Source: a virus. From it: a stretch of 64,000 bases of DNA. The stretch covers positions 1 through 64,000 of IMG/VR virus record IMGVR_UViG_3300032116_000033; one strand, given 5' to 3'. The notes below the pieces were generated by a model. It made no database searches and had not been told where the DNA came from. It saw nothing but the letters and a program-made list of their open reading frames with translations. Positions 18,647-28,686 of the stretch are shown in pieces. Positions within the stretch are counted from its first letter, which is position 1. Each line of letters opens with the position of its first letter. A program made the position numbers and the translations under genes.

Positions 18647-20398
18647 GTGATGCGCATATCATCGCTGACGATCGAGAACATACTGTCGATCGAGCACGCG
18701 CATATCGACTTTCCCGAGAGCGGTCTTGTTCTCGTAGAAGGCTGGAACCACGACACAAACTCTGCAAACGGCGCAGGCAAGACCGCCATATTCGAGGCGC
18801 TTGCCTGGGGCATATTCAACCAGTTCCCAAGGTCAACGACCGTGTCAGAGTTCGTGCGAATAGGCTCGAAGCAGTCTAGGGTCTGCGTCGCCATCCATAC
18901 TCAGTACGGCAAGATAGAGGTCGAGCGAAGCAGACCCAAGGGCTTCAAAGCCACCCTTGACGGTGCCATACTCATGGAGGAAGAGTATCTCAAGCTTCTG
19001 CCCATAAACTACCAGCAGTTCGTGATCGCTCAGTATGCATGTCAGACAGGAGGACTAAGGTTCCTAGAGCTGAATGACTCAGGCCGCAAGGACCTTATCC
19101 TGGAGCTCATGAGAGCCGACGGTTTCGCAGACGCGAAGTCAAAGCTTGACTCAGAGCTTAAGGACAAGAACGCAGAGGTCTTAAGGATGACGAACGAGAT
19201 CTCTAACCTTCGAGCAAAGGTCTCTGCTTACCAGGAGAGCCTCATAGACGAGAGCGCCTGCGAGACAGAGATGCAGCGCATAAAAGAATCTGTGCTAGAG
19301 TCGAGTGCCAAGGTGTCTGATCTAGAGTCTCAGATCGACGACGAAGAAGACTACAGATATCAAGACACCATGGGAAAGCTCACGAACAAGCTCAACGAGA
19401 TATCGGTCAACAAGGGCAGATTAAACGTCTACAAGAAGATGCTTAAGGACATGACCGCACCAGAAGAGAGCCTCTCTCCTGACGGAGAGTGCCCGTGCTG
19501 CGGGGTGGACATAGACGTCGTTGACGGTAGGTTCGTCAAGCACGACAAAGTTTCGCTTAAGGCCAAGGCCGACGAAAGAAAGGCCGCGTACGACAAGCGG
19601 CGAGAAGACATCGTGTCGAGCATCAAGGACATAGAGTCTAAGATCTCGAAAGAGCAGCAGATATCAGACGCTCTCGACAGCGTCAGGCAGACCATAAAAG
19701 ACAGAGAAAGAGATAACAGGTCCGTGAGCAACAGGATCGCAGAGCTTAAGGCTTTCGTTAAGCAGTCTGAGATAAGGATGCAGATGATGCAGGCTTCTTT
19801 AGACAAGCAGTCTATAGTGTCTGAAAAGATACAGCACATCTCGCGCGAGATCCTAAAGCTCTCAGAGAAGCTCGACGAGAGAAAGGCAAGGATCGAGCTC
19901 CTTCAGACAGGGTCTATGATCCTGTCCCCGCTGGGCGTTCCAGCGTACGTCATGGACTCTGTGGTTCAAGGCATAAACGACAGGATACACGACATAATCC
20001 AGGTCGTGTGGCCGAGCTCCTCGTACGAGCTGTTGTCCTTCAAGGAAAATAAGTCCGGCAAGGTTACGACTAAGATGTCCGACAGCTTCGTGGTAGACGG
20101 CATCAAGCGAACTATAGGGTCACTGTCAGGCGGCGAGAGGAAATGTCTGTCTATTGCTATAGACTTTGCCATACTCAGCGTAGTGTCGTCGTATACCGGA
20201 GCAGATCTTAACCCATTGATATTAGACGAACCTTTTGACCACCTCGATGCCTCTAACCGCACAAAGATCGTGGAACTTCTTCAGGAGATGGCAAAGGATC
20301 GCTGTATAATAGTGATTGATCACGCTGCTGAGGCAAAGGCGATGTTTGATAAGTCAATAAGCGTCGTGAAGAAAAGCGGCATAACAATGGTATCATAA
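18647..20398 (+). CDS. Rad50/SbcC/gp46-like ATPase
   Basis: NGAGKT, zinc hook CPCCG, LSGGE signature, LILDEPF. Confidence 0.9.
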   Translation: MMRISSLTIENILSIEHAHIDFPESGLVLVEGWNHDTNSANGAGKTAIFEALAWGIFNQFPRSTTVSEFVRIGSKQSRVCVAIHTQYGKIEVERSRPKGFKATLDGAILMEEEYLKLLPINYQQFVIAQYACQTGGLRFLELNDSGRKDLILELMRADGFADAKSKLDSELKDKNAEVLRMTNEISNLRAKVSAYQESLIDESACETEMQRIKESVLESSAKVSDLESQIDDEEDYRYQDTMGKLTNKLNEISVNKGRLNVYKKMLKDMTAPEESLSPDGECPCCGVDIDVVDGRFVKHDKVSLKAKADERKAAYDKRREDIVSSIKDIESKISKEQQISDALDSVRQTIKDRERDNRSVSNRIAELKAFVKQSEIRMQMMQASLDKQSIVSEKIQHISREILKLSEKLDERKARIELLQTGSMILSPLGVPAYVMDSVVQGINDRIHDIIQVVWPSSSYELLSFKENKSGKVTTKMSDSFVVDGIKRTIGSLSGGERKCLSIAIDFAILSVVSSYTGADLNPLILDEPFDHLDASNRTKIVELLQEMAKDRCIIVIDHAAEAKAMFDKSISVVKKSGITMVS

Positions 20399-20402
20399 GC
20401 AT

Positions 20403-20849
20403 ATGGAAACGTTGATTAAAAAACTCGCTCAGCTGTCTGACCTGCTCAAGGCAAGTCTGATGCCAAGCCTAAGGATGCCTTCAATTGATCCGCCAAAGCC
20501 ACCTAAGATGCCGTCTATGGCGCCAAAGTCTAAGAAGAACCCAATCAAGGTTGCGCAGCAGGTCGCGGCCCCTAGCGCAAAGGATTTTGCTATGCGACAA
20601 GCCACTTCTCAGGTCCAAGCGTCCAGTAACCCTCTTGCATACGCCACAAAATCCGAGGGCGAATCGCACCACTATCACATAACAGAGAACGGTCAGAGGA
20701 TCACCGACAAGCCTATGTCTCTGTCTGAGATCAACGCCAAGCACGGCGGGGTACAAAGACTCGAGTCGGCCGGCTTTCGGCTCGTCCCCGTCAAGAAAGA
20801 GAAGCTGACTCTCTCCAAGAACGGGCAGTGGACTCTCACAAAAGAGTGA
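20403..20849 (+). CDS. hypothetical protein with C-terminal NGQW tag (putative head-associated)
   Basis: Pro/Lys-rich; ends EKLTLSKNGQWTLTKE. Confidence 0.6.
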   Translation: METLIKKLAQLSDLLKASLMPSLRMPSIDPPKPPKMPSMAPKSKKNPIKVAQQVAAPSAKDFAMRQATSQVQASSNPLAYATKSEGESHHYHITENGQRITDKPMSLSEINAKHGGVQRLESAGFRLVPVKKEKLTLSKNGQWTLTKE

Positions 20850-21496
20850 CCGTGAAAACCATACTCGCGATCGATCCTGGCCAATCGTGCGGATACTCGG
20901 TAGTCAAGATCGACGGCGATCGCTGCGAGATCGTCGAGTACGGTTTCATAGACGTAGACAACTCCTCGCCGTACCTCGGTGACTGGTGCATAGACCTTCA
21001 AGACAGACTCACCTTAGTGCAAGACCGCATAAAAGCAGACGAGATCGCCGTAGAGGATTATTTCTACTCTACAAGGTTCAAGCAGGGCGCGAACGTTAAC
21101 CCAGCCTACAGGACCGCGATTCATATGTGGTGCAGAAAGCAGGGTCTTCACTACGAGGTCCTGAACATCTCTAACTGGAAGGTGTTCGCTGCCGGAAGAT
21201 CTACTCCCACCAAAGAGCAGAAATTGCGCTGGGGCAAAGAGCCGGCCAAGAAGCTTATGGTAGTAGAGGCACTGTGGAGAAGATTCAACATCCGCTTTCC
21301 TAACCACAGCATCTCAGAGGCCACCGGAAAGCCCATAATGTTCAGGTTCGACGTTGTCGACGCCGTAGCTCAGGGAATGTATGCCGCGTACCTTCGATAC
21401 AACTGCAAGACGTACACGAGCCTAGTTCCTGTGCCGCCAGACTTTACCTTCAAGAAGATCAGCAAGAAACAATTCGCGTACGACGATCTTGTATAA
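20828..21496 (+). CDS. RuvC-like Holliday junction resolvase
   Basis: ILAIDPG, IAVED and DVVDAVA acidic motifs. Confidence 0.8.
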   Translation: MDSHKRVTVKTILAIDPGQSCGYSVVKIDGDRCEIVEYGFIDVDNSSPYLGDWCIDLQDRLTLVQDRIKADEIAVEDYFYSTRFKQGANVNPAYRTAIHMWCRKQGLHYEVLNISNWKVFAAGRSTPTKEQKLRWGKEPAKKLMVVEALWRRFNIRFPNHSISEATGKPIMFRFDVVDAVAQGMYAAYLRYNCKTYTSLVPVPPDFTFKKISKKQFAYDDLV

Positions 21497-21532
21497 AGAC
21501 CCTCGATCAAATAAACAGCCACGGAGATCGAA

Positions 21533-21853
21533 ATGGCAAACAGCAAGGTCAACATCGGTAAAGCAAAAAACGTACTTTCTAAGGCGTTTGTCGAGAACAA
21601 CACCAGCATCACCCCAGAAGAAGCAGAGCACCTCATCGCAAAAGCAGAGCTCAAGATCAAGTTCCTGCGAGAAGAGAAAGCAGCAGACGACAAGCTCAAC
21701 GCTGCCAAGCAGATCGTCAAGGACCTCAACGAGGGCTACAACTCTGCTATCAAATACGAGAAGGCCAAGATCGACTTCCTTCTAGGAAAGATCGAGGAGA
21801 TCGAGTCTGGTGAAGTAAATCCGACATCAAGTCTTTCCCAAGCGTATCCGTGA
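21533..21853 (+). CDS. hypothetical coiled-coil protein
   Basis: GGAG RBS; codon usage like neighbouring genes. Confidence 0.6.
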   Translation: MANSKVNIGKAKNVLSKAFVENNTSITPEEAEHLIAKAELKIKFLREEKAADDKLNAAKQIVKDLNEGYNSAIKYEKAKIDFLLGKIEEIESGEVNPTSSLSQAYP

Positions 21854-21973
21854 CGCGCGGAATGGTGAGCCCATAAAAGAAGTTGTTGCTCTAAGCTGCT
21901 GAAATGTATCAGCTACGTTACAGCTGGATAAGGCCTGGGCATGCCTAACTGCCCACCTAATCTGCCCATGGCG

Positions 21974-22014
21974 TATAATAGTCTCTGAGCTTTGCGTTCC
22001 AAGGAGACAATATG
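21974..22014 (+). promoter_or_regulatory. TATAAT box and weak RBS-sequestering stem
   Basis: TATAAT 21974-79; GTCTC 21981-85 complementary to GAGAC in AAGGAGAC. Confidence 0.35.
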
Positions 22015-22614
22015 GCCACCCTGAAATCACTCTACTTAGACGGCAACAACGGCCTCAACGGCAAGCTGGCCGAGGCGTTCGATCTAGGCCGCAGATTCAT
22101 ACTTCCTAGGTACGACGATGTGGTTCTAGAAGATGCCGTAGACATCTCGACCACGTCTCCTATGTTCACCATCAAGAACTCAGGATCTAACGCGCCGATA
22201 CTAGCCGGCTACACGGTCCGATATCTCGACTCAGGTGATATGGTCGAAAGGATCGTAGAGACCCCGGTTACGGCAGGATCCACGTTCGACACCACCGTAG
22301 CACCAGACAACGCGCTCAGCGACAAATCGCTGAGATACTCTAGCCCTCGTCCAGCCTCGTACGCCACCCTTCTCAGCGGTCTTCAGGCTGCTGCAGCAGC
22401 AGGAAAATCTGTGTTCACTGTCACGGTGACGACGACAGACAACACCACGTACCTAAGGCTCAAAGGCAACTATATGAAGGCATACTTCGCCGGCATATAC
22501 TACGCCTTGAACAAAGAAGGAATCTTCAACACATACGAGGTTTCTCTGAGCCTTGACACTAGTCAGGTGTCTTCGACCGGCATAATATTCAGCTTCACGT
22601 TCACATATTCTTAA
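22012..22614 (+). CDS. hypothetical protein (possibly structural)
   Basis: AAGGAG RBS; T/S-rich 200 aa. Confidence 0.6.
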   Translation: MATLKSLYLDGNNGLNGKLAEAFDLGRRFILPRYDDVVLEDAVDISTTSPMFTIKNSGSNAPILAGYTVRYLDSGDMVERIVETPVTAGSTFDTTVAPDNALSDKSLRYSSPRPASYATLLSGLQAAAAAGKSVFTVTVTTTDNTTYLRLKGNYMKAYFAGIYYALNKEGIFNTYEVSLSLDTSQVSSTGIIFSFTFTYS

Positions 22615-22636
22615 TCCTATGCCTGTGAAAAAGTTG

Positions 22637-22668
22637 TAGAATAATCTCCAATATAGGAGAATATTATG
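22637..22668 (+). promoter_or_regulatory. -10-like box overlapping an RBS-sequestering hairpin
   Basis: TAGAAT 22637-42; AATA-A-TCTCC / GGAGA-A-TATT. Confidence 0.45.
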
Positions 22669-23001
22669 AACTGGGCAGAGCATAGACATCATTTCAACAA
22701 GATGATCGAAGAAGAGACAGAGCTTCTGTATAAGAAGGGTCTTGAGTATGCCGGAGCCTCTGATTCTCTTGGCAACTTTAAGGACTGCGACGACATCGGC
22801 GTAGACCCTAAGCAGAAGCTGTGGATATACTTGTCTAAGCATCTATCATCTATCAAGAGCTACATCAAGAACGGTCAAGTATACTCTAACGAGAGCATCG
22901 AGAGCCGAATAGCAGACGCAAGAAACTATCTTGCTCTTTTGTATATGCTCATCCAAGAAGAGAAAGAGCAGAAGATCAAACTCCTTGAAAAGGCAGAGTG
23001 A
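22666..23001 (+). CDS. all-alpha nucleotide-modification-associated/pyrophosphatase-like protein (DUF1599-like)
   Basis: KKGLEYA..DSLGNF...ESIESRIADARNY pattern. Confidence 0.55.
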   Translation: MNWAEHRHHFNKMIEEETELLYKKGLEYAGASDSLGNFKDCDDIGVDPKQKLWIYLSKHLSSIKSYIKNGQVYSNESIESRIADARNYLALLYMLIQEEKEQKIKLLEKAE

Positions 23002-24590
23002 TGAAAGACAAGAAGAGCCATATAGTAAAGACGTACGTCAAGCTTGCAAAGAAGCTCAAGCGCGATATCAAGATGAAAGATCTTCAGGAAGCGGACATCA
23101 CCAAAGATATGGTCTCTCACCATTTCGGATCTTTGTCTGCGCTCGAGCGCGTCGCGAGAAACTACAAGCCTGACGATTTCTTCGATGTCCCCGTAGAGAA
23201 CCTTTACTCTCCTAAGGCTCTTGCATCGCTCAGGGACGACGTAAAAGCGCACTCAAGGTTCGTTGTGACTACGGCAGTGACCGGGTGTAACGTTCACGAC
23301 AAGTTCTACGCGTCGATAAAGACGTACTGCAAGGAAAACAACGCGAAGCTTCTTATCCTGATGTCGTCTGATCCTGCCCACACTAAGTCTAGGGAATGGG
23401 GTACTATCGCATCAAAGCTCAAGGATGAGACCATCGTTCTCGAGGACACGAAGCTGAACTCGAACGTCTTCTTGTCTACGATCAAGCTTTCAGCAAAGCA
23501 CATAGACCCGACGACGGGCCTAGGTCGCATCGGCCAGCGAAACGGTACGTTCATATATGCCTCTCCTAAGCAGAGGCTCAAAGCCGTGCCTACGTCCAAC
23601 AAAGAGCTCCCGCACTTCATGATGACCACCGGCGCCATCACGGCTCCCAACTACGCATCTGACATCTACATGTCGCAGCGTACTGCCTACATCGCAGAGC
23701 ACGACCACGTCCTAGGCGCGATCGTCGTGGAGATCAAGGATGACGAGATCTACCACTTTCGCCAGATCCAAGCTGACTCAAAGGGCGCGTTTTTCGATCT
23801 CGGCACAAAGTACACGTCTACAGCAACTACTCCTAGTAGGCCAGAGGCCTTCGTGCTTGGCGACTGGCACGCAGGATCCACGGACCCTAAGGCTCGCGAA
23901 GCGTGGTTCGCCGTGTCTAAGGAAACGAGACCCAAGCGGATAATCTTGCACGACGCCTTCGACGGCGTTTCCATAAACCATCACGAGCAACACTACAAAC
24001 TCCTTAAGGCAAAGCGCGCCGAAAAGGGCCAGCTTTCTCTTGAAGAAGAGCTCAAGATCCTTGGAAGAGACCTTGACGATATCGCGGCCATAACAGACGA
24101 GGTCGTCATCGTAAAATCGAACCACGATCAGTTCCTAGAGCGTTACCTTCAGGAAGCGCGCTACGTTCAAGATCCCCACAACCATCGTGTGGCCCTGACG
24201 CTAGCGATCGAGGTCCTGGACGGAAAAGATCCGCTTAAGTCAGCCATCTCGCGCTTCGTGAAGGCAGAGACTGCCAAGAAGCTCACATGGCTGTCGATAG
24301 ACGATGACTACACCGTCGAAGGCATACAGTGCGGGGCGCACGGCCATCTCGGCGCAAACGGTGCCAGAGGGAGTCTTCAGTCTATGGAGTCTTCGTACGG
24401 AAACTCTGTATCCGGTCACTCTCATACGCCAGAGATCCTAAGAGGAGCATGGTGCGTAGGGACGTCGTCTTATCTAAAGCTTGAGTACAACAAGGGCAGC
24501 TCTTCGTGGCTCCACTCGTCGTGCCTCGTTTATCAGGGCGGTGCTCGTCAGCTCATCAACGCCATAGACGGCGAATGGCACGTAGGATGA
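22998..24590 (+). CDS. calcineurin-like metallophosphoesterase (T5 A1-like)
   Basis: GDWH, HDAFDG, SNHD, HGH, GHSH motifs. Confidence 0.75.
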   Translation: MMKDKKSHIVKTYVKLAKKLKRDIKMKDLQEADITKDMVSHHFGSLSALERVARNYKPDDFFDVPVENLYSPKALASLRDDVKAHSRFVVTTAVTGCNVHDKFYASIKTYCKENNAKLLILMSSDPAHTKSREWGTIASKLKDETIVLEDTKLNSNVFLSTIKLSAKHIDPTTGLGRIGQRNGTFIYASPKQRLKAVPTSNKELPHFMMTTGAITAPNYASDIYMSQRTAYIAEHDHVLGAIVVEIKDDEIYHFRQIQADSKGAFFDLGTKYTSTATTPSRPEAFVLGDWHAGSTDPKAREAWFAVSKETRPKRIILHDAFDGVSINHHEQHYKLLKAKRAEKGQLSLEEELKILGRDLDDIAAITDEVVIVKSNHDQFLERYLQEARYVQDPHNHRVALTLAIEVLDGKDPLKSAISRFVKAETAKKLTWLSIDDDYTVEGIQCGAHGHLGANGARGSLQSMESSYGNSVSGHSHTPEILRGAWCVGTSSYLKLEYNKGSSSWLHSSCLVYQGGARQLINAIDGEWHVG

Positions 24591-24593
24591 TCG

Positions 24594-24628
24594 TATAATC
24601 CGATGGAACAGCCATCGGAGAAGAGATG
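24594..24628 (+). promoter_or_regulatory. TATAAT box and hairpin covering part of the dnaE RBS
   Basis: TATAAT 24594-99; TCCGATGG-AACAG-CCATCGGA perfect 8-bp stem running into GGAG. Confidence 0.55.
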
Positions 24629-27600
24629 AAAGCCTACCTTTACCTCGACGTCGAGACCACGGGCCTCAACCCCACCCTCAACGACGTCGTCCAGCTCGCG
24701 TGCATCCCTATCATAAATGGCGTAGAGCATGCGCCTTTCAACGAGTTCTGTCAGCCCACAAACTGGAACAACATCGACGATGGAGCCGTAAAAGTACACG
24801 GCATCACGCGCGAGCGGATGCTATCGTTTCAGCCGTCCGCCGAGCTGGTCGACAAGTTCGTGCGATACCTTTCATCCTTCAACGTCAAGTTCGTGATGTC
24901 TGGCTACAACACAAACTTCGACAGATCCTTTGTTGCGGCTCTGTTTCAGAAAGCCGGCAGACAGAGCCATTTTTCTTCTTTGTTCTCGAGCGAGATCAGA
25001 GACGTCTACGCCAGGGCAAAGGGCGTAAAAGACAAGCTCAAGACGACCAAGTTCAAGCTCGTCAATCTGGCCGAAGAGTTCGGCATCGAGATAGATGCCC
25101 ACGAAGCCATGAGCGACATACGTGCCACGTATCTAGTAGACATGAAGATCGCAGAGATCGCAGGAGAAGAGTTCGCGGAGATCTCCATAGTAGACGAAGT
25201 AAGATCGCTCAACATCGCTCCGCTTCCTCAGCTCCACGTCCACTCTGAGTACAGCAACACGGACTCTGTGGTGTCGGTCGAGGACTGGATCCTATGGGCG
25301 CACAGCAACAGCGTCAGCGCGATATCGTTTCCAGACCACCACTGGGCTGCGTCTTTGTATAAGTCTATAAACAAGAAGTCCGTTCTAGACAAGATCAAGA
25401 AGCTCCACAAGATCTCGATCCCTGAGGATGCGATCACCGTGGTTCCGTCTATAAGCCTAAACGTGTCGCTCGACGGAAAGCTCGAGTACTTCAGGCTAAA
25501 CGCCTGGGCGACGTCTGACGCCGGTTACTACAACCTTCTAAAGCTGGCGTCTCTTGGCTGGGACGAGTCAAGAGAAGATTCCGAGGTAAGGATCGCGGTC
25601 GTTTCCCTAGACAAGATCTCAAAGTACAGAGAAGGCGTCGTGTTCGGCACCGGGTGCGAGAAGGGCCTTATAGGCAAGCTTCTGCTTGATGCTTCTATCG
25701 ATCTTGAGGGCTACGTAAAAGAGGTCAGGCGAAAGCTCGGATCTCTGGTCCTAGAGCTGATCCCAGTAGACGTCACAAAATACTTCAGCAAAGGCATCGG
25801 CTTCAGGTCCTATCAAGACGTGCCAAACCTAACGGAGCTCGTCAATCGCACTATATCAGGTCTGATAGACTCTCACGGCTACGACTTTATCATATCTTCT
25901 ACGGCTAATTTCATATCGCCCGACGACAAGGTGCTGCAGGACGTCGTCTCTAAGTCGTCGTTCAAGGACAAGCGCTTCTTCTACGAGTCTAGGCATCAAA
26001 GGTCCATGGACGAGCAGTATGCCATACTCAAGCGCCATCTTGGAGACTGGATGAGCCTAGACGTCGTTGAAAAAGCAAGATCTAACGCTATGAAGATAGT
26101 AGAGAGATCTAAGACAATCAACATAAAGCACGAATATCACTTGCCTAAGATAGAGATTCCGCAATCCATACTAGACAAGACCGACGACTACGACAAGCAG
26201 CTCTACTTTCTTCTTATGGCAAAGGTCAAAGAGCACGGTAGATGGTCAGACGATCCGGTCTACGTCGCGCGCTTCAAGAAAGAGCTCGAGGTCATATGGA
26301 AGAACCCTAAGCTCAACTTCCTGCCGTACTTCTTGATGTACGAGGATATCTGCGCGTTTGCCAGGGCAAAAGGCATACTACAGAACCTGGCTCGTGGTTC
26401 CGCCGGTGGGTGTCTGATCTCGTACTATCTGAAGATCATACACGTAAACCCCATAGAAGAAAAGCTGCCTTTCGAGCGGTTTCTAAGCCACGCCCGTATC
26501 AACGCAGGATCATTTCCTGACATCGACCTGGACCTCGGCAACAGGTCTCCGGTGCTCAAGTACCTTCAAGAGAAGTACGGCGTAGGCTTCGCGCAGATCG
26601 GCACGTTTCAGAGGTTCAAGACCAAGAACGCGCTCAAGGATGCCATGTTCGCTATATTCGGTAGGAGCCGCACCGACAAAGAGGTCATGGATATATGCTC
26701 GACGATACCAGACTCGCCGCAGGGCTTAGACGAGGCCGACTTTTTGTACGGATACGTAGACTCAGAGGGCGTATATCACAGAGGCCATCTCGAGACGAAC
26801 GAGACGCTTCAGAGCTTCTTCAGGCAATACCCAGAGATCGAGTACATCACCAAGCGATTGATCGGTCTTCCCAAGGGTATGGGTCGACACGCTTCTGCTT
26901 TCGTGATATCGACCTTAGACATCTCGCAGACGCGCGTGCCGACCATGGTGTTCGACGACGAGGAACTTGGTCCTGTGCCGGTGACCCAGTTTGAGGCTCC
27001 GATGGTCGAGAAGTCAGGCCTAGTGAAGGCAGACATACTAGGTCTCACGACCATCAAGACCATCGAACGAGTGGTAGATCTCGTGAAAACAAACACAGGC
27101 ATCGATCTTCTCGAGGAAGACGACAAAGGCGTTCAGATGCTCTATCGCCTGCCGGAAGATCCAGGCGTGTACGAGGACTTCTATAAGCGCAAGACCGACT
27201 CTTCGTTTCAGTTCAACACAGACCTCATCAAGAGCTACATCAAGCAGTTTGCTCCGGTGTGTCGAAAAGATCTTGCCGACCTTACGGCGCTGTGTCGCCC
27301 TGGTGCGTTGGACGTAGAATTTATCCCTGGTGTGTCGGCAACGCAGTTCTACATAGATGTCAGGAACGGAGCCCGCGAGCCGGAATACGTTCACGAAGAT
27401 CTCAAAGAGATCCTCGAGGAAACCAACGGCGTAGTCACTTACCAAGAGCAACTAATGGAGATCTTGGTTAAATTCTGCGGATACACGCTGGAAGAATCAG
27501 ACCAGATACGGTCGGCCATCGCTAAGAAGAAGCGCGATGTGATGACAAAGGCGTTTGATAAAGTTAGGACTGAAACCTCAAAGCATGGCTGGACGCTTCA

Positions 27601-28645
27601 GCAGGCAGAAGAGCTGTGTAAGGTTCTAGAAGCGTACTCGAACTACAGTTTCAACAGATCTCATTCGGCCGCCTACGGACACCTTGGCTACATAACGATG
27701 TATCTGAAACGAAACTTTCCTCTAGAGTGGTGGACAGCAGAGCTCAACAACTCAGGCGAGGAAAAGATCCGCCACTACGTTTCCATCCTCGGCAACACGA
27801 TCATACCGCCGTCTGTTAGAAATCCAGCCGACAGATTCACCATAGTCGGAAACAGGATCGCGGCTCCGCTGTCGACAGTCAAAGGTCTAGGTCCAGCGAG
27901 TATCAGGAACATAATCGACAAGGGTCCGTTCTCCTCCTTCGAGGACTTCGTTGCCAAGACCAACGGACCCATAAACTCGTCTCACTTCTGGGCTCTGTTT
28001 AAGGCAGGCGTTTTCGACGAGCTCGCCAACGAAACCGAGTCAATAGCAGAAGCTAGGGAGCGTTTTCTGTCGCACTACACAAAGCTAAAGAAGATCAAGA
28101 AGATCCCAGACGACGTGGTAGACGTCTCGCCGTTGAACATCTTCCTCAACCAGCGTGAGGTCTACAAGTGCTTCAACAAGGCCGTGCTCGACGATCAGTA
28201 TATAAGAAACCAGATCTCGGACATGTGGCCGGCGATGCGAGAGACCAAGCGAAAAGACATACCGCTGGCGTTCGGTACATCGCCAGCAGTCCCTGTCATA
28301 GCGTCTGTCAGTGTGGCCGAGAAGCTTGTGGCGTCGAGCGAGTCCTCAGAAAACGGCCATAACGTAAGGGTCGCGATGATAGGACTGTATCAGTCCTCGG
28401 AGCATGCGGAAGGCGTCTCCAAGAGCGGAAGACAGTGGTCTAGAGTCAGAGTGGTTCTGTCTGACGGTCTATCGACCATGGAGTGCATCAAGTGGGACCA
28501 GAAGAAAGCCTTTCGCTTTCCAGTAGACTCGCTGGTCTACGTCATGGGCAACCTGAAGCGCGGATGGAGAGGCTCACCAACGCTCGAGATACTCGAGATC
28601 GAGAAGGTAGAGAGAAACGACACCAGAAGCAAGAAGACCCTGTAG
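24626..28645 (+). CDS. dnaE: family C DNA polymerase (DnaE) with N-terminal DEDDh 3'-5' exonuclease
   Basis: LDVETTG...HEAMSD exonuclease; PHP HVHSEYS; RGSAGG, FERFL, PDIDLD, GRHASA, KADILGL, YSFNRSH. Confidence 0.93.
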   Translation: MKAYLYLDVETTGLNPTLNDVVQLACIPIINGVEHAPFNEFCQPTNWNNIDDGAVKVHGITRERMLSFQPSAELVDKFVRYLSSFNVKFVMSGYNTNFDRSFVAALFQKAGRQSHFSSLFSSEIRDVYARAKGVKDKLKTTKFKLVNLAEEFGIEIDAHEAMSDIRATYLVDMKIAEIAGEEFAEISIVDEVRSLNIAPLPQLHVHSEYSNTDSVVSVEDWILWAHSNSVSAISFPDHHWAASLYKSINKKSVLDKIKKLHKISIPEDAITVVPSISLNVSLDGKLEYFRLNAWATSDAGYYNLLKLASLGWDESREDSEVRIAVVSLDKISKYREGVVFGTGCEKGLIGKLLLDASIDLEGYVKEVRRKLGSLVLELIPVDVTKYFSKGIGFRSYQDVPNLTELVNRTISGLIDSHGYDFIISSTANFISPDDKVLQDVVSKSSFKDKRFFYESRHQRSMDEQYAILKRHLGDWMSLDVVEKARSNAMKIVERSKTINIKHEYHLPKIEIPQSILDKTDDYDKQLYFLLMAKVKEHGRWSDDPVYVARFKKELEVIWKNPKLNFLPYFLMYEDICAFARAKGILQNLARGSAGGCLISYYLKIIHVNPIEEKLPFERFLSHARINAGSFPDIDLDLGNRSPVLKYLQEKYGVGFAQIGTFQRFKTKNALKDAMFAIFGRSRTDKEVMDICSTIPDSPQGLDEADFLYGYVDSEGVYHRGHLETNETLQSFFRQYPEIEYITKRLIGLPKGMGRHASAFVISTLDISQTRVPTMVFDDEELGPVPVTQFEAPMVEKSGLVKADILGLTTIKTIERVVDLVKTNTGIDLLEEDDKGVQMLYRLPEDPGVYEDFYKRKTDSSFQFNTDLIKSYIKQFAPVCRKDLADLTALCRPGALDVEFIPGVSATQFYIDVRNGAREPEYVHEDLKEILEETNGVVTYQEQLMEILVKFCGYTLEESDQIRSAIAKKKRDVMTKAFDKVRTETSKHGWTLQQAEELCKVLEAYSNYSFNRSHSAAYGHLGYITMYLKRNFPLEWWTAELNNSGEEKIRHYVSILGNTIIPPSVRNPADRFTIVGNRIAAPLSTVKGLGPASIRNIIDKGPFSSFEDFVAKTNGPINSSHFWALFKAGVFDELANETESIAEARERFLSHYTKLKKIKKIPDDVVDVSPLNIFLNQREVYKCFNKAVLDDQYIRNQISDMWPAMRETKRKDIPLAFGTSPAVPVIASVSVAEKLVASSESSENGHNVRVAMIGLYQSSEHAEGVSKSGRQWSRVRVVLSDGLSTMECIKWDQKKAFRFPVDSLVYVMGNLKRGWRGSPTLEILEIEKVERNDTRSKKTL

Positions 28646-28686
28646 GTACAAACATACTGCACAGCAAATGTCTCAAGGAGAGAATA

